A DNA stretch of 61,708 nt, the filler included, from Chiloscyllium plagiosum (lineage: Eukaryota), in assembly GCF_004010195.1 (NCBI RefSeq). It is 5 parts of one record of this genome, joined end to end, with 100 filler letters (N's around TTAATTAATTAA, not from the genome) between each part and the next. Parts side by side here need not be neighbours in the genome. Positions count along the whole stretch, not along the records: positions 24,243 to 38,461 come from NC_057716.1; positions 38,562 to 53,695 come from NC_057716.1; 3 more parts are not named here. One strand, given 5' to 3'. The position numbers and the translations under genes were made by a program. This document shows, in pieces, positions 37,947 to 50,814 of this stretch. The notes below the pieces were generated by a model. That model was given only the letters and a program-made list of their open reading frames with translations. It did not search any database and had not been told where the DNA came from. How positions within the stretch are numbered: position 1 is the first letter of the stretch; each line of letters opens with the position of its first letter.

Positions 37947-38461
37947 CAGCTGAGGGCCACACTCTCTCAGAATTGCAAAGGACCCACTCTGTACTACATC
38001 CTCAGGAGAATTCATACTCTCAACAAACAGTATTTCAATTCCGTCTCAAACATCAAAAACTGTAAGTACAACAAACTTTTATCTACCCACCTCCATAACC
38101 AGCGCTCCTCAAACATTCCAGAAGATTCCCCTGGCCTAGGAACCTATTCCGCCATTAGCCATGTGGCTGATGCATCTGCCACCCCCACGCTGATTGATGA
38201 TGTCACTTCCGTCCCCATCATGGCCACTCCCACAACCACTTCCGCCCCTCACAATTCCTCATGCATCACAAGTGACATCACTTCCGCCCCTCACATCATC
38301 ACTGATGCCACATGCTCAGTGACTTTGCCACCCCTACTGCTGTGGTCACCACCACTTCCGCCCCCACCAGTGCCATTCACCTGCATTCTGCTGACACGCC
38401 CCCCACAGACCCCACTGTCACTATGCCCACCCCCCAGAACCCTGAGGGGAACACTACCCCT
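37947..38461 (+). mobile_element. Open frame, probably the N-terminal part of a PLE ORF, cut by the spacer
   Basis: QLRATLSQNCKGPTLYYILRRIHTLNKQYFNSVSNIKNCKYNKLL followed by a Thr/Ser/Pro-rich linker with repeated cacttccgcccc. The assignment is from memory only. Confidence 0.45.
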
Positions 38462-38561
38462 NNNNNNNNNNNNNNNNNNNNNNNNNNNNNNNNNNNNNNN
38501 NNNNNTTAATTAATTAANNNNNNNNNNNNNNNNNNNNNNNNNNNNNNNNNNNNNNNNNNNN
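38462..38561. other. Artificial contig spacer
   Basis: N44-TTAATTAATTAA-N44. Confidence 0.95.
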
Positions 38562-38794
38562 ATGTCATTGGTTCCAATGTGGACAATGACCTCCTGCTGG
38601 CTCCTCTCCCCCATGAGAACATTCTGCACCCTCTCTGAGACATCCTTGATCCTGGCACCAGGGAAACAACACACCATTCTGCTTTTTCTCTGTTGGCCAC
38701 AGAAATGTCTGTCTGTACCTCTGACTACAGAATCCCCTAACACAATTGATCTCTTGGAAGCTGACGTACCCCTCGTTGCATTAGAGCCAGTCTC
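38562..38794 (-). mobile_element. CR1 ORF1 esterase fragment (same family as ~323-523)
   Basis: LGDSVVRGTDRHFCGQQRKSRMVCCFPGARIKDVSERVQNVL...HIGTND. Confidence 0.88.
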
Positions 38795-38818
38795 GTGAAC
38801 GGAGCGCGTTACTTATTT

Positions 38819-39131
38819 GGGACGCCACAATGGCTCAGCAGTTAGCACTGCTGCCTCACAGTGCCAGGAATCCAGGTTCAATTCCAGCGTCAGGTTACTG
38901 CCTGTGTGAAGTTTACACTTTCTCCCTGTATCTGCATGGGTTTCCTCCCACAGTTACAAGATGCACAGGTTAGATGAATTGGCCATGCTATTTTGCTCAC
39001 AGTGTCCAGGGAAGTGTAGCTTAAGTGGGAAATGCAGGGTTGTAGGGTAGGGGGTGAATCCAGGTGGGACTTGGAGAGTCGGTGTGGATTTGTTGGGCTG
39101 AACGGCCTGTTTCCACACTCTATGGATTCTA
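38819..39131 (+). mobile_element. HE1-type V-SINE (diverged)
   Basis: tggctcagcagttagcact head, V-domain and tail. Confidence 0.85.
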
Positions 39132-40249
39132 TGGAAATGGTTCCATTTTGAAAAATTTAATACTAAGGAATAAAGAGAGATGTAGCTTGAAGAGAGTTCA
39201 TAAATCCTGAGCCAACTCATCACTGCCAATGAAGCCGGCATTATCATCCCTGTGCCATCGCTTTGCCACTGTCTACACCAAACCCAATGAACATCAAAGT
39301 CGCTGATCTTCAAGTGCCATCTTTGCCATTGGGCCAATAATCCTCCATCATCACCTCGCTGCTGCCTGTGCCGGACCAACCAATGTCAGAGTCACTGGGC
39401 CCACCTCATCCACATTGCCATGATGCCTTTCTGCCAATGCTTCACTGCCACTAACGCCAGACCCAAGTTACTGATCCTCGTTCACATCTGATGATGCAGC
39501 AGCCGCCAATCCCAGGTTGTGCGCTTGTTCCGAAAAAGTAAGTTGGGATTCACTCGCCTCTGCCCTGGGCTCAGCTCGAGTTCTGTGATAGACCTGCCTA
39601 AGGTCTGCCCCTGAACAAGGTTCAAAACTACTCAAGATCCACACCCTGGGTCCGCTCGAGGTCCACACACCGATCTCTCACTGCCGCCGACGCTGCCAAA
39701 GCTCAGGACAAGGTAAGTGAAAAAACAAGATGGGAATAAAAAAAAGCACTTGGAACTTGAAAGAAGACTAAGGGTAGCACATAAACTGGGGTACTTCAAT
39801 GTCCATCACCTATGTCGCATACCACTGTCCAAGCTGGCAAGATCCATCAGACAGAGCCTGAGTTCAGCATTCACAGAATTAACATGTCGGGAAAAGCTAC
39901 CTGTTGCAAAAGTATCTGATGTTTTTGCATCAACAGTAGTAATACCACTGACCTTGTTGAGACCAAGTTGCATCTTTCAGGACATCCTCCACCATGTCAT
40001 GTTGCTTTGCTGCCATGCTCAATGGAATAGATTCAGAACAGACCCAGCTGTTCAATTAATGAGACACACTGGGCCATTAGCAGCAGTAAATGTATATTAG
40101 CCCACAATCTGTGACACTATACTCCACATAGCTCTCACTTCACTGTGACCATCAAGTCAGGGAATCAACCATGATCAAGAAAGAGTGCAAGAGAGCATGT
40201 TAGGAGCAACATAAGTACATGCATGATAAACAGCATACATATCTCAGCA

Positions 40250-40825
40250 ATGGACCCAGCAATCTCCTCCCTAGCTTCCCACAAATACACCTGATCAGGT
40301 CCTGGGATTTATTCATCACCTCTTCTACAACAGGGACACTTTTCAAGATTTCACTATTTATTTCCTTCAGTTCTTCCATATCCTTTTCCACAGTAAATAC
40401 TGATGCAAAATGCTCGTTTAGTATCTCATCCATCTCCTGTGGATCCACACATAGATGGCCTTGTTGATCTTTAAAGGGCTCTATTGTCTCCCTAGTTACT
40501 CTTTTGCCCTTAATGTATTTGTAGAAACTCTTTAGATTCTTCTTAACCTTATTTGCTAAAGATTTCTCAGGTTCTGCACTCCTGGATTCCCTCTTAAGTA
40601 TACTCCTACTGCCCTTATACTTGTCAAGGAATTCACTCCATCCTAGCTGTCTACATCTGACATATGCCTCTCTTCTTTTCCTTGACCACAGCGTCAATTT
40701 CTCATCATCCAGCCTTTTCCTTCACAGTAACAGGTACAAACTGTCTCTGAACTCATGTTATCTCATTACTGAAGGCCTCCCACTTTCCAACTGTTCCTTT
40801 ACCTGCGAATAGTCTCTGCCAATCA
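40250..40825 (-). mobile_element. CR1 ORF2 middle fragment
   Basis: LANKVKKNLKSFYKYIKGKRVTRE...EILNEHFASVFTVE. Confidence 0.82.
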
Positions 40826-42559
40826 AGTAGAGGTATTGAGTATAGTGAAGCAAGGAGTTATTCTAAGATTTTCTAAATCACGTGTGTGTCCAATTTAGGA
40901 CACCATATTTTAGAAAGGGTCCCCTGCAAATCAACAGGATAGTACATTATGTCTTCACATGAACACAATCACTTCCATTCTCATTCAGAGATATTTTCTA
41001 ATTTACCAAGATGCTTATATCTTTGAGATACAGACATTGAATCCCATCTGCCATTTATAAATTATTTTGTTAGTATCCTTTTGCAATTTCCTTCAGACAT
41101 CAAGTATTAACCGTTCATCCTATCTAGTAATCTAGTAATATAGTAATCTTCCAAATGATACCATATCAAAGATTTTTTTGAAAATCGATGAATTCAATAT
41201 CCCCTCCCATCAAGATTACACACATTATTGGTTAATTTTCAGCTGTATGAAGCCAATTCACTTACCCCAGCAAACAATTATGTTGACATTGAAGAAAATC
41301 TTTTAAAGAATACGACTGTTTTGAGTGCATCTACTTTGTCAATTTGTTTTAACCATATGTGCCAAAAAGAAATCCCAGAGGAGAAGGACAGGTATAGATG
41401 TTGTTCACATTAATTTGAGTATCGAAAGAACAAGATGCTAACTATCTTACCAAAATCCTAATTTCTCTATTTCCCAAAGCAATCTCTACTGAGAATATTA
41501 ACATTATCTGTTGACCATTTTCTCCAAGCTACCACAAAAAAACTTTCCAGTCCAGGTACAGGCTGGCCAAAAGAGTATGCAGGACATGCGTGCAAAGTGA
41601 AATTCAAGATTAGAACAAAATGTTTTTATTTCCCATAAAAGCCAAAGTTACAGGCTTGGAGTTTTGCATCAAAACTGGAAAAATTCTTGACTCAGGGTGC
41701 CAACCTCAGGAGAACCACTCCCAAATTGCCAGATATCCAGGGGTGGGTGCCCAATGAAATATCGCCTGTTGTTCCCAGAAACAATGTGGGAGCAGCCACA
41801 CAGGCAGCCAAGGCAGGCCATTTAAAAGGACCACATTGGTTCCGGAACTTTGATTCAATTGTAATAAAGTAGGACAGTCCACCCCCTCTTCCTGACTCAG
41901 AGCCAAACTATGCAAAGACATCCACCCAAGCATCCACCCCAAATAGTCCTTCACATTCTTCATGCCAACCAGTGGCCAGCTACCACTGTCAATATGTTTT
42001 CAAGCCCTCCATGCTAATGTATGCTGTTTTCCCACTTCACAAGGCCCCTCATACCTTCCATGCCCCACTACCCACCCTAACAATAGCACTTTATAATCCT
42101 TATGCTAACTTAGTGACAACTTACATCAGTCACAAACTCCCAAACATCCCCCTGGCCTGTCATGGCTACAAAGCCACCTCAGTGTCAACACATTTCATTC
42201 CCAGGATCTATTTGCCATCTATCCCAACTTATTGTCAAATAAGGCCCACCTTATTCACCCCATGGTTCCTAACAGCTCAAATGTCAACTTTGTGCCAATT
42301 TATGCCAACACTTTCCTCTTGAACTCTGCTTTTGCACCAACAATAGCAACTGATCTAATATCAAATATGGACACACAGTAGGACGCATGCTGTGATGAAT
42401 CAACATTTGAAATATCAGTATAAATTTCACAATGCAAAAATAAATTGATAAATTGATAAAAGCATAATCAATTCATCTTAGTACTTAATACCTTATCAAA
42501 CAAACATTTATACTTAAAGCTCAATATAGAAGACAGCTTATCCTTTAATAAACGCTCTT

Positions 42560-43190
42560 ATTTTCACACGAGGTATTCACGGAGTCGGATGCTCCAGCCG
42601 GAGCTTGTCTACTCCACGCATTCCTCTTCCTTGCTTATCAATTCTTTCCTGTTAGTGATTTTTTTTGTCTTCTCTCCCAGCTTCCCAGTCTGGCACAGCG
42701 GCATCCCGGCATGGCATGGCATGGTGACCCTCCGGCCTGGCACAGCAGCCTCCCAGAGTGGCATGGCGACCTCCCAGCCTGATGCAGTAGCCTCCTATGG
42801 CAGTCTCCTAGCGTGAAGTGGTATGACAACCTACCGGCCTGGTAAAGTCGCCACTCTCTGTATAGTAGCAACTTCCCAGGACGGCCTCCCAGTGTGGCAT
42901 TCTCTCCACATGGGGTATGACGTGATCTCCCAGCCTCATGATCCTCAAGGTGAAGCACAGCACAGTCTGGAGCCAGGGCCAGGTGCAGACTGGAGGCTAG
43001 GTGCCATTGTGGGCTGGGTTAGAAGAGCGTTGTTGTGAACTTTTATTTCTGTAACAATAGACATTCTATACTCCTATTTTGTAAGATCTTGTAGCTAAAG
43101 AAAATGTGCCTAAGTGGTGCTGTAAGTGGCGACATATAAACTTTTCAATATGCTCATTGAGTGTATGTGACAATAAAGGCTAATTCTAAT
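42560..43190 (+). mobile_element. Non-coding retroelement with an internal degenerate ~24-bp tandem repeat; related tails at ~2875-2950 and ~3595-3655 (-)
   Basis: Repeated ctccc(a/g)gcctgg units at 42675-42935; 3' end cttttca...tgtgacaataaa, reverse-complementary to tttattgtcaca...tgaaaag at 2877. Confidence 0.5.
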
Positions 43191-44929
43191 GCTTATCTGT
43201 CAATAAAACTGTGAAATTGACTGAGATAATGATAGACTGTGTACTAAGAATATAGTAACAATTGCCCTCATATTTACATCAACAGCTATTGAAATTCTGA
43301 GCTTTTTTTCAGATCAGAAACAGCTGTGTTTATCAAAATTTAAAATAAAACAGATTTAAATAACGCAACAATTCTAAAGACTTTATCCACTTTTACCGTG
43401 CATTCAAATCAACTTTCAAACATTGTAAGTTACATGTTGCGGGCAAGAGACCTTGCTTCAGCAAAACTGTCATTTGTTTCATCATAGCACTAAATTCAAA
43501 TGATTGTGATAATTAAAGGTCTTCCATATGCATAAACTACATCCCATCTCTCAACCTACCCTGATATCAAAAATAGGACATCAGAAATGGGACTGGTACT
43601 TTGGGATCCATTGTCTGAGCATCACTTTGGCTAAGGCTCAGAATATTCACGGCTTCACAAAAATTCAGGTCATGGTAAAAAGTCTATTCTGTAATGCCAT
43701 GTTTCAGGAAGGAAAAAGTATAGAATTGAGAAAGCAGACTTTTCAATAATTTCTGACTAAATTCCAATGCTGCAGTGTATTTTACAAGTTAAACTGCCTA
43801 CATCGATTTTATTCCTCAGACTCGTTGATTTGCATTAAAGCTGCAAATTTGATTTTAAAAAACAATTAACTGAATATGAACATTATGGCTTTTGATTTAA
43901 TTTGCCAATTGTTCCACGCTTAACTATTAAAGTGAGAACAAGGAAATCTTCATGTCCAAAGCTGCACCTAACAAACGGCAACTTACACTACTTTTTGTTA
44001 TTTCTTAACAGCAATGCCTTTAATTTCCGATTTTTAAAAAAGTAGCAATAAGTCTCACATGGGACCCCATATCAGAATATTGACTTGAAATGAGTAAAGA
44101 CATCAAATCCAATTATTTTTTAAAAAATTATACTCTATCCCTGATTCTTGGAGGATTAAGGACACTTGATTTTCGTTCCTTCATCTTATTTAAACCTAAA
44201 AATATGCAGCTGAAAACATATGAAAGATTTAAGAACACTTTCTAGAGCTGCAGTGCAAATATCATCATCATCACAGACATTTGGCTCCACTGCAAATGCA
44301 ACAATACCAATTCTCCTCTCATCTCTGCAAAACTAATGTGATTTGAGATTGGCTGTTTAATTTATCTCAGTACATAACTCTGGTCATATTAATAGATAAA
44401 CGAAAGAAATTTCAGTTACTTCAGCTGAGCAGCCAGCAATTCTTAAATATTTAGATATACAAAACATAATGGGAATGTAAATGGAAAGAGGAGTATAAAG
44501 AAAAACAGAAAATACCTTGTGGCAGAAGTTTCAATTTTCTTGCACCTTTCAAGGTAAACTTGAGGGATGGAGAAGGTGCATAAAAGCAGCCATTTATCTT
44601 AATCTCGACAGTGCCAGGTAACAAAGACTCTGTAGCTTTAGTGCCATTACCCAAGGGTACTGAGAATATGGATTTGTGATCGGCTGCATCTGGTTTGTTG
44701 GGTCATGTGGCTGGCTGATATATCTGTCATTACTTGATAGTAACAAGTTTGCAATACATGTAAAGTTGTTTCCTTTGTTGGTAATAATTAGAAGTTGTAC
44801 ATGGATGAACTGCAGCACAAGAATGTAAGGGATGAGCCTGGAGTCTCAGGGGGTGCTGTTCGACACATGACAAGAATTCTGGCTATTGAACGGTGGGAGT
44901 AGTGACTGGTGTCTTGGGCAAGGAATGCA

Positions 44930-45169
44930 ATATGCAGATCCATTCACACACCTTTACCACTTAAATGAGATCATTAAACTGGTTCCTGCCACCGTTACCA
45001 GGGCTGGAAGCCACACTGACCACCCTTGGCTTATGCACCCAATCCTGCTGACCCCCACTGGAAACACTGCATCCACAATGGCATTCAGCTCTCTACATAA
45101 TGTGTCCAGAGTGGTATCAGTATAATGGTGAGCCCTCCTCTTGCAATGGACACTGTATTCCTTGTCCAT
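44930..45169 (-). pseudogene. Probable PIF/Harbinger Myb/SANT-like DNA-binding ORF relic
   Basis: KRRAHHYTDTTLDTLCRELNAIVDAVFPVGVSR...W...VTVAGTSL...W*RC fits the RAxxF/YxDxxLxxLxxE...FPxG...W...W..C pattern of Harbinger-associated Myb/SANT proteins. Confidence 0.5.
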
Positions 45170-46289
45170 CTGTGTGAAATGAGACTATACATCAGTCTGC
45201 TAGTTCCAAGTTTGAAGAGCTTGCATGTATAAAAAAGGATAAGCTGCCTGGAGCAAATAGATTTTTCCATAGTGCTATTCAGCTCCCTGCAGAGCGAACA
45301 GGACACAGGCAGTAAACAGTGCAGGGGGACTACACTGAAGCTGTTGTTGGCCAAGCTACTAATGGAGCAAGGAAGTGGGTGGACAAACTTTACGTTCTTC
45401 CCACAGGCAGCAAGCATTTTAATGTGGATGTCATAATTTATACTGAAAGAAAAAGTTCAAAGATTTAAAAAAACAGACAGCAAGTGTAGCAAGATTTGGA
45501 ATATATTACAGATGAACATCAACTATCCTACAACATAAATGTTTATTTTATTTCATCTTCGTCTTTGGGCAGGTAACAATGTGAGCCCATACATTTATGT
45601 TGGTTGTCCTGAATAGATTAGCAATCATCAGACCATTGCAGCAAGTCTTCTACCACATCTGGGAGGAGGTCCTGCCTCTGAAACCAGCAAGTGTACCAGC
45701 TAATTTGGGCTTCTGTTTAACACTATTGCCTTTTAAAGGACCTCACAAAAGTAAACAAACTGCACCTCACCCACACAAAAAAAACATATGCTGCCTCCCC
45801 AGGGTATGATGACAGCCATTTTAATTTCTATTGTATATTTACAATTTTGATGAGAATGGAAAGCAACACATCACTTCAAGGAGTAAGTCATAGGCTCAGC
45901 CCCTCAGACCCTCCCCTCTTAACCTTCATGTTCCTTTCTTCCTTAACTTCCCTGTAAGTCCTATCAGCTGTGATCTTCACCGTGTTATCCCCCCTCCCCC
46001 TGAACCCAACCTGTTTAATTAACTGCATATCTTCCCACTTTATCCCTTGTGACTCAGGCACAAATCTTAGTCATGCCAAACACAGTCCTGCACAGTGCAC
46101 ATATTGAAGCCAGGGTGATAGTAACCATCAATAACATCTCCTCCCCTCTGACTGTCCACCACCCTCCCATTTTCTACCATTTCTCATCCAGATATGTTGA
46201 GTTATCATCCCCTCTGTCTTCCAGTATGCTGTCCCCAAATCCCTAAAATTGACATCTCCAGCTGCGGAAGATGGACTGTTCCACATATC

Positions 46290-47125
46290 CTACGAAGAGG
46301 CAGGCATAGCTGGGGCCCATGCGGGTGCCCATGGCTACTCCTTTGGTTTGGAGGAAGTGGGAGGATTGGAAAGAGGAGTTGTTGAGGGTGAGGACCAGTT
46401 CAGTCAGTCGAAGGAGGGTATCAGTGGAAGGGTACTGGTTGGTACGGCGGGAAAGGAAGAAGCGGAGAGCTTTGAGTCCTTCAAAGGATATGGATATCCT
46501 TCCGTATCCGTCACAAATTCACCTGCACCTCCACACACATCATTTATTGCATCCGCTGCACCCGATGTGGCCTCCTCTATATTGGGGAGACACGCCACCT
46601 ACTTGCAAAACGTTTCAGAGAACACCTCTGGGACACCCGGAGCAACCAACCCAACCACCCTGTGACTCAACACTACAACTCCCCCTCCCACTCCACCAAG
46701 GACATGCAGGTCCTTGGATTCCTCCATTGCCACACCATAGCAACACGACGGTTGGAGGAAGAACGCCTCATCTTCCGCCTAGGAACCCTCCAACCCCAAG
46801 GGATGAACTCAGATTTCTCCAGTTTCCTCATTTCCCCTCCCCCCACCTTGTCTCAGTCAAATCCCTCGAACTCAGCACCGCCTTCCTAACCTGCAATCTT
46901 CTTCCTGACCTCTCCGCCCCCACCCCCACTCCGGCCTATCACCCTCACCTTGACCTCCTTCCACCTATCGCATTTCCCCCGAGTCCCTCCTCCCCACCTT
47001 TTATCTTAGCCTGCTGGACACACTTTCCTCATTTCTGAAGAAGGGCTCATGCCCGAAATGTCGATTCTCCTGCTCCTTGGATGCTGCCTGACTTGCTGTG
47101 CTTTTCCAGCAACACATTTTTAGCT
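46290..47125. mobile_element. Neptune-like PLE: inverted RT piece (-, ~46290-46480) joined to GIY-YIG plus terminal repeat (+, ~46510-47125)
   Basis: Minus: GVAMGTRMGPSYACLFVGYV. Plus: FTCTSTHIIYCIRCTRCGLLYIG, RRLEEERLIFRLGTLQPQGMN; HHR-like ctgaagaagggctcatgcccgaaatgtcg at 47035. Confidence 0.85.
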
Positions 47126-47405
47126 CTTCAAGCTCAGCGAGCTAACTTACATACTAATTGACAATTGTGTTGGGACGGCATGGCAACAACCAAAGATGGA
47201 AAACTTCAGTTGTCAAAACATTTCACGATTCATTAGCTTCATTATCCCTTTGAAAGAGTTAAAAATAAAGAACCTCCAAGGATCAAAAATCCTAGTTATT
47301 CTTGTTTATTAAAAATGCGCTTAATATTTTCATAAATAGTTAATATAATGGTTACACTTTCCAAATAGCATTTAAAATATCCATGCTTTGAGCAGGTTAC
47401 TTTAC

Positions 47406-47513
47406 CTTTTAATATCATTGATGAGTCTGTTCTTTTCTTGTGCCACACGCTTATGATGCATTCTATGGAAATCGCGTTCTTTCCTCAGTTTTACTAATGT
47501 TTCAACAGCTGTG
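47406..47513 (-). CDS. SPAG16: SPAG16 next coding exon, 108 bp
   Basis: cctacag|C ACA GCT...ATT AAA AG|gtaaag encodes TAVETLVKLRKERDFHRMHHKRVAQEKNRLINDIK, including the conserved KERDFHRMHHKR motif. It is in frame with the previous exon across a 104-bp GT-AG intron (47514-47617). Confidence 0.95.
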
Positions 47514-47617
47514 CTGTAGGTGCAAAAATGTTTACATTTTAATGCTGCTAAGGTGATAAAAATATTTCATACAGATATATTTCGACAGAGAATAATTTCT
47601 AGATATTTACTACATAC

Positions 47618-47755
47618 TTGGTCGCAATCTTGCAGTTCTCAAGATCTTTCTTCAAATTTTTCACTTCATTTTCCAGCAGCTGATTTTGAGCATATACATC
47701 AGGAACAAATCCCACATTCTGTAATTTCAGTAGACCTTTTTGCAGCATTTCATAC
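47618..47755 (-). CDS. SPAG16: SPAG16 (PF20, axonemal central-apparatus protein) internal coding exon, 138 bp
   Basis: Minus strand reads atcag|G TAT GAA ATG...GCG ACC AA|gtatgt and encodes (W)YEMLQKGLLKLQNVGFVPDVYAQNQLLENEVKNLKKDLENCKIAT(N). This matches the SPAG16 N-terminal coiled-coil region as I recall it (WYELIQKG...VPDVYTQIMLLENENKNLKKDL). Canonical AG/GT, phase 2-2. Confidence 0.93.
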
Positions 47756-48789
47756 CTGATATGACAAAATGTACAACATATTATTTTCAAGTCAAAATCT
47801 GATTGATTACATGTTACCTTAACAATTATTAAAATGAAAAAACAACAACTGTGGCATGTTCAACTTTTATGGCATGACATGAAGTGGAAGGCAAAACAGA
47901 ATACATTATGAACAATTATGAATGAGGGACTAAGGATATTAAAGGATGTCCTGGTTTAGGTCAGATATTCTGGTGTTTTAGGAAGGAAATATGGTTTGTA
48001 GAAGTGAATGAAGCTTATTTGAAATCAAACAGTGATTTAGCAGTCAACTTGCAAGGTTATGTGTTCAGAGGAAGATAAATCATACAGTGAAGCAGAATTA
48101 CTTGTTGAAGATGGATACATTACAATGATATGTTACATATGAAGTTTGATGTAGGAACTGAAATAGAGTCTCCTTGACAGAATTAAAGGATAATTAAATG
48201 AGAACATTAGCAATACAACTAAGTGACAGGGCACCAAATGATGCAGTTGCCCAGGAGATATAAACACAGATGATTATTCTACAGCCTTCCTAAGGAATTT
48301 CAGTTCTCCTCATAGTGAGTAACATGCACAATGGAGATGCACACAAGAGCAAAACTATTAAATTTATTAGTTTTTTTTAAAAAACAGCCCATTTTAAAAT
48401 CCCACAAACATGAATACAATATTGGATTTAGTTCTAATTCATTAAAGGAAGCAACAATTAGGTAGAAGTAACAATCTGATAATCCAGAAATACAAGATGA
48501 AATCTCACCAAGACAATTGGGGAATTTAAATTCAGTGTAATAGATTTAGATTTTTAAATTTTATTGATAAAATACAGGTAGTTCTCCTATAATTGTGTAG
48601 TTGCGTCCCCATGCATCAAAAATAATGGGGCCTATGGCAAAAACAGGGGTAGGGACGAACCACCAAAAACACCTGTAAAAATTGAAACAAAAGTAGTGGT
48701 TAGCCTAACACAAACAATAGCACAATCTAAGTGAATTTTGACCTATTGTAACTGATCTGTTGTATAGTACTATATAGTGTAATTCATCA

Positions 48790-49625
48790 GAAGTGTTCTG
48801 ATACAGCTTCCCAACAAACACAAACGAAGCTGTATCAGAACACTATTCCAACGAGCCACCACACACTGCAGCACAGACGAACTTCGAAAAACAGAGGAGA
48901 ACCACCTATACGACGTATTCAAGAAGAACGGATACTCAAAAACACAGTGTGCAGATTCCTCAAGAACAAACCACGACAAGCAGACAAAACACAGCCAGAA
49001 ACCCTAACCACCTTACCATATATCAAAGAAGTTTCAGAAATGACAACCTGACTACTGAGACCCCTCCGAAACCTAGTAGCACACAAACCCACCAACACTC
49101 TCAAACAAAAACTAACAAACTTAAAAGACCCAGTACAACCCTTGGACAAAACCAACGTCATCTATAAAATCCCATGCAAGGACTGCCACAAACACTACGT
49201 AGGACAAACAGGAAGAAAGTTAGCCACCAGGATACATGAACACCAGCTAGCCACAAAAAGACACGACCCCCTCTCCCTCGTGTCCCACACACGGATGAAA
49301 AAAACCCACCATTTTGACTGGGACAACACATCTATCCTGGGACAGGCTAAGCAAAGACATGCCAGAGAATTCCTAGGGCCTGGCACTCCAACCACCATAA
49401 ACAAGCACATAGATCTAGATGCCATCTATCAACCCCTCAGAAAACGAACAGGAAATGACATCACCACAAACCCCAGGAACCCCATCCAGGAGAAAGATAT
49501 AAATAGAAAGCAGGAGACAACAGCTTCGCTTCACTTGGAGGTCGCCACTGATGATGTTACCTAGCCAGGTAATGAAACGTCTGGATATCAAACCTACAGC
49601 TCAGCGAGCAAACCTACACCCTAAA
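48790..49625 (+). mobile_element. PLE family 3 (Poseidon-like): RT thumb, GIY-YIG and terminal repeat
   Basis: KRSCIRTLFQRATTHCST, NVIYKIPCKDCHKHYVGQTGRKLATRIHEH, HHFDWDNTSILGQAKQRHAREFL. Confidence 0.9.
49545..49584 (+). ncRNA. Minimal hammerhead ribozyme motif (family 3)
   Basis: CCA-CUGAUGA-U-GUUACC(UAGCCA)GGUAAU-GAAA-CGUC^UGG; helix I CCA/UGG. Confidence 0.75.
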
Positions 49626-49626
49626 T

Positions 49627-50125
49627 CCCCGTTGTACTCTGAGGTAATCTTCTTCACTATCCACTACACCTCCAAATTTTGGTGTCATCTGCAAACTTAT
49701 TAACTATACCTCCTAAGTTCACATCCAAATCATTTATATAAATGACAAAAAGCAGTGGATCCAGCACCGGTCCTTTTGGCATACCGCTGCTCACAGGCCC
49801 CCCGTCTGAAAAGCAACCCTCCACCACCACCCTCTATCTTCTACCTTTGAGCCAGTTCTGTATCCAAATGGCTAGTTCTCCTTGTATTTCAAGTGATCTA
49901 ACCTTGCTAACCCAGTCTACCATGAGGAACCTTGTAGAACGCCTTGCTCAAGTCCACATAGATCACATCTACTGCTCTGCCTCATCAACCTTCTTTGTAA
50001 ATTCTTCAAAAAACTCAATCAAGTCAGTAAGACATGATTTCCTATGCACAAAGCCATGTTGACTATCCCTAATTAATCCTTGCCTTTCCAAATACATGTA
50101 AATCTTGTCCCTCAGGATTCCCTAT
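49627..50125 (-). mobile_element. CR1 RT fragment
   Basis: Homologous to 20305-20795. Confidence 0.85.
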
Positions 50126-50814
50126 TTCTTGCAGTCTCTTTGCTGCATCTTCACAATTCGCTTTCTTACTTATCTTAGCAGTGTCATCACTTGGCTGAGA
50201 TACAGTTGGTCATCCATTTAATTAATCATCAATATAGTACTTAATTAATTAGGAGCACAGCACCAATCACAGCAGCACTCCATTTGGTACAGTTCGGCAA
50301 TCTAAAGATTTTATGTTGTAGTGTGATGTAAACTGTGTGATTTGTAGATATAATTTTTGACACTATTTGTTGTTAGTTTGGGTTCCTGGTTTTCAAAGTG
50401 GCAACCAGTGGGTTTTCTGTGTATCTAACGTTAATAATTAACTTCTAAAAACATTTACGCAGCCATGGTAGTTTAAAATGTTTTTGAAACCTAGCTTTTG
50501 AATGGATTTTGTGCATTATTTATGGTCTTCCATTTAATTAGATTGCTTTGCAATCCAGCATGGTAAATAATGGGATCTCAAGGTTTGTTGGAGAGTTCAT
50601 AAACTTTTCATTTTGTTAAACTTATGGGAAACCTGAAACAAGGAGACTCTACTTTTACTTTTGACTTTGAATGGGGTCGTCCTGTGAAATTCTTGGAATA
50701 GGATGGTTGCGTAGAAAAGGATATATAGTGAATTAGGTTACCTTCGACTGAAGAGTTAGTGTTAGCCCCAGACAGAAGTAAAACCATGGAGCTGTTAATA
50801 CCACATTTGGTTGC

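Noticed and set aside
41640..42330. Possible decayed DNA-transposon-derived sequence (also ~15560-15950)
   Set aside because: Only compositional resemblance; no terminal inverted repeats, TSD or coding motif identified.
44954..45169. Tail-anchored membrane protein C-terminal exon
   Set aside because: The hydrophobic end is better explained as a decayed Myb/SANT helix; it is not in frame with the SPAG16 donor.
48573..48720. Tc1/pogo (Tigger)-like end starting TA-CAGGTAG
   Set aside because: No matching opposite terminal inverted repeat found.
50241..50252. Natural ttaattaatt resembling the spacer core
   Set aside because: Not flanked by Ns; expected by chance in AT-rich DNA.
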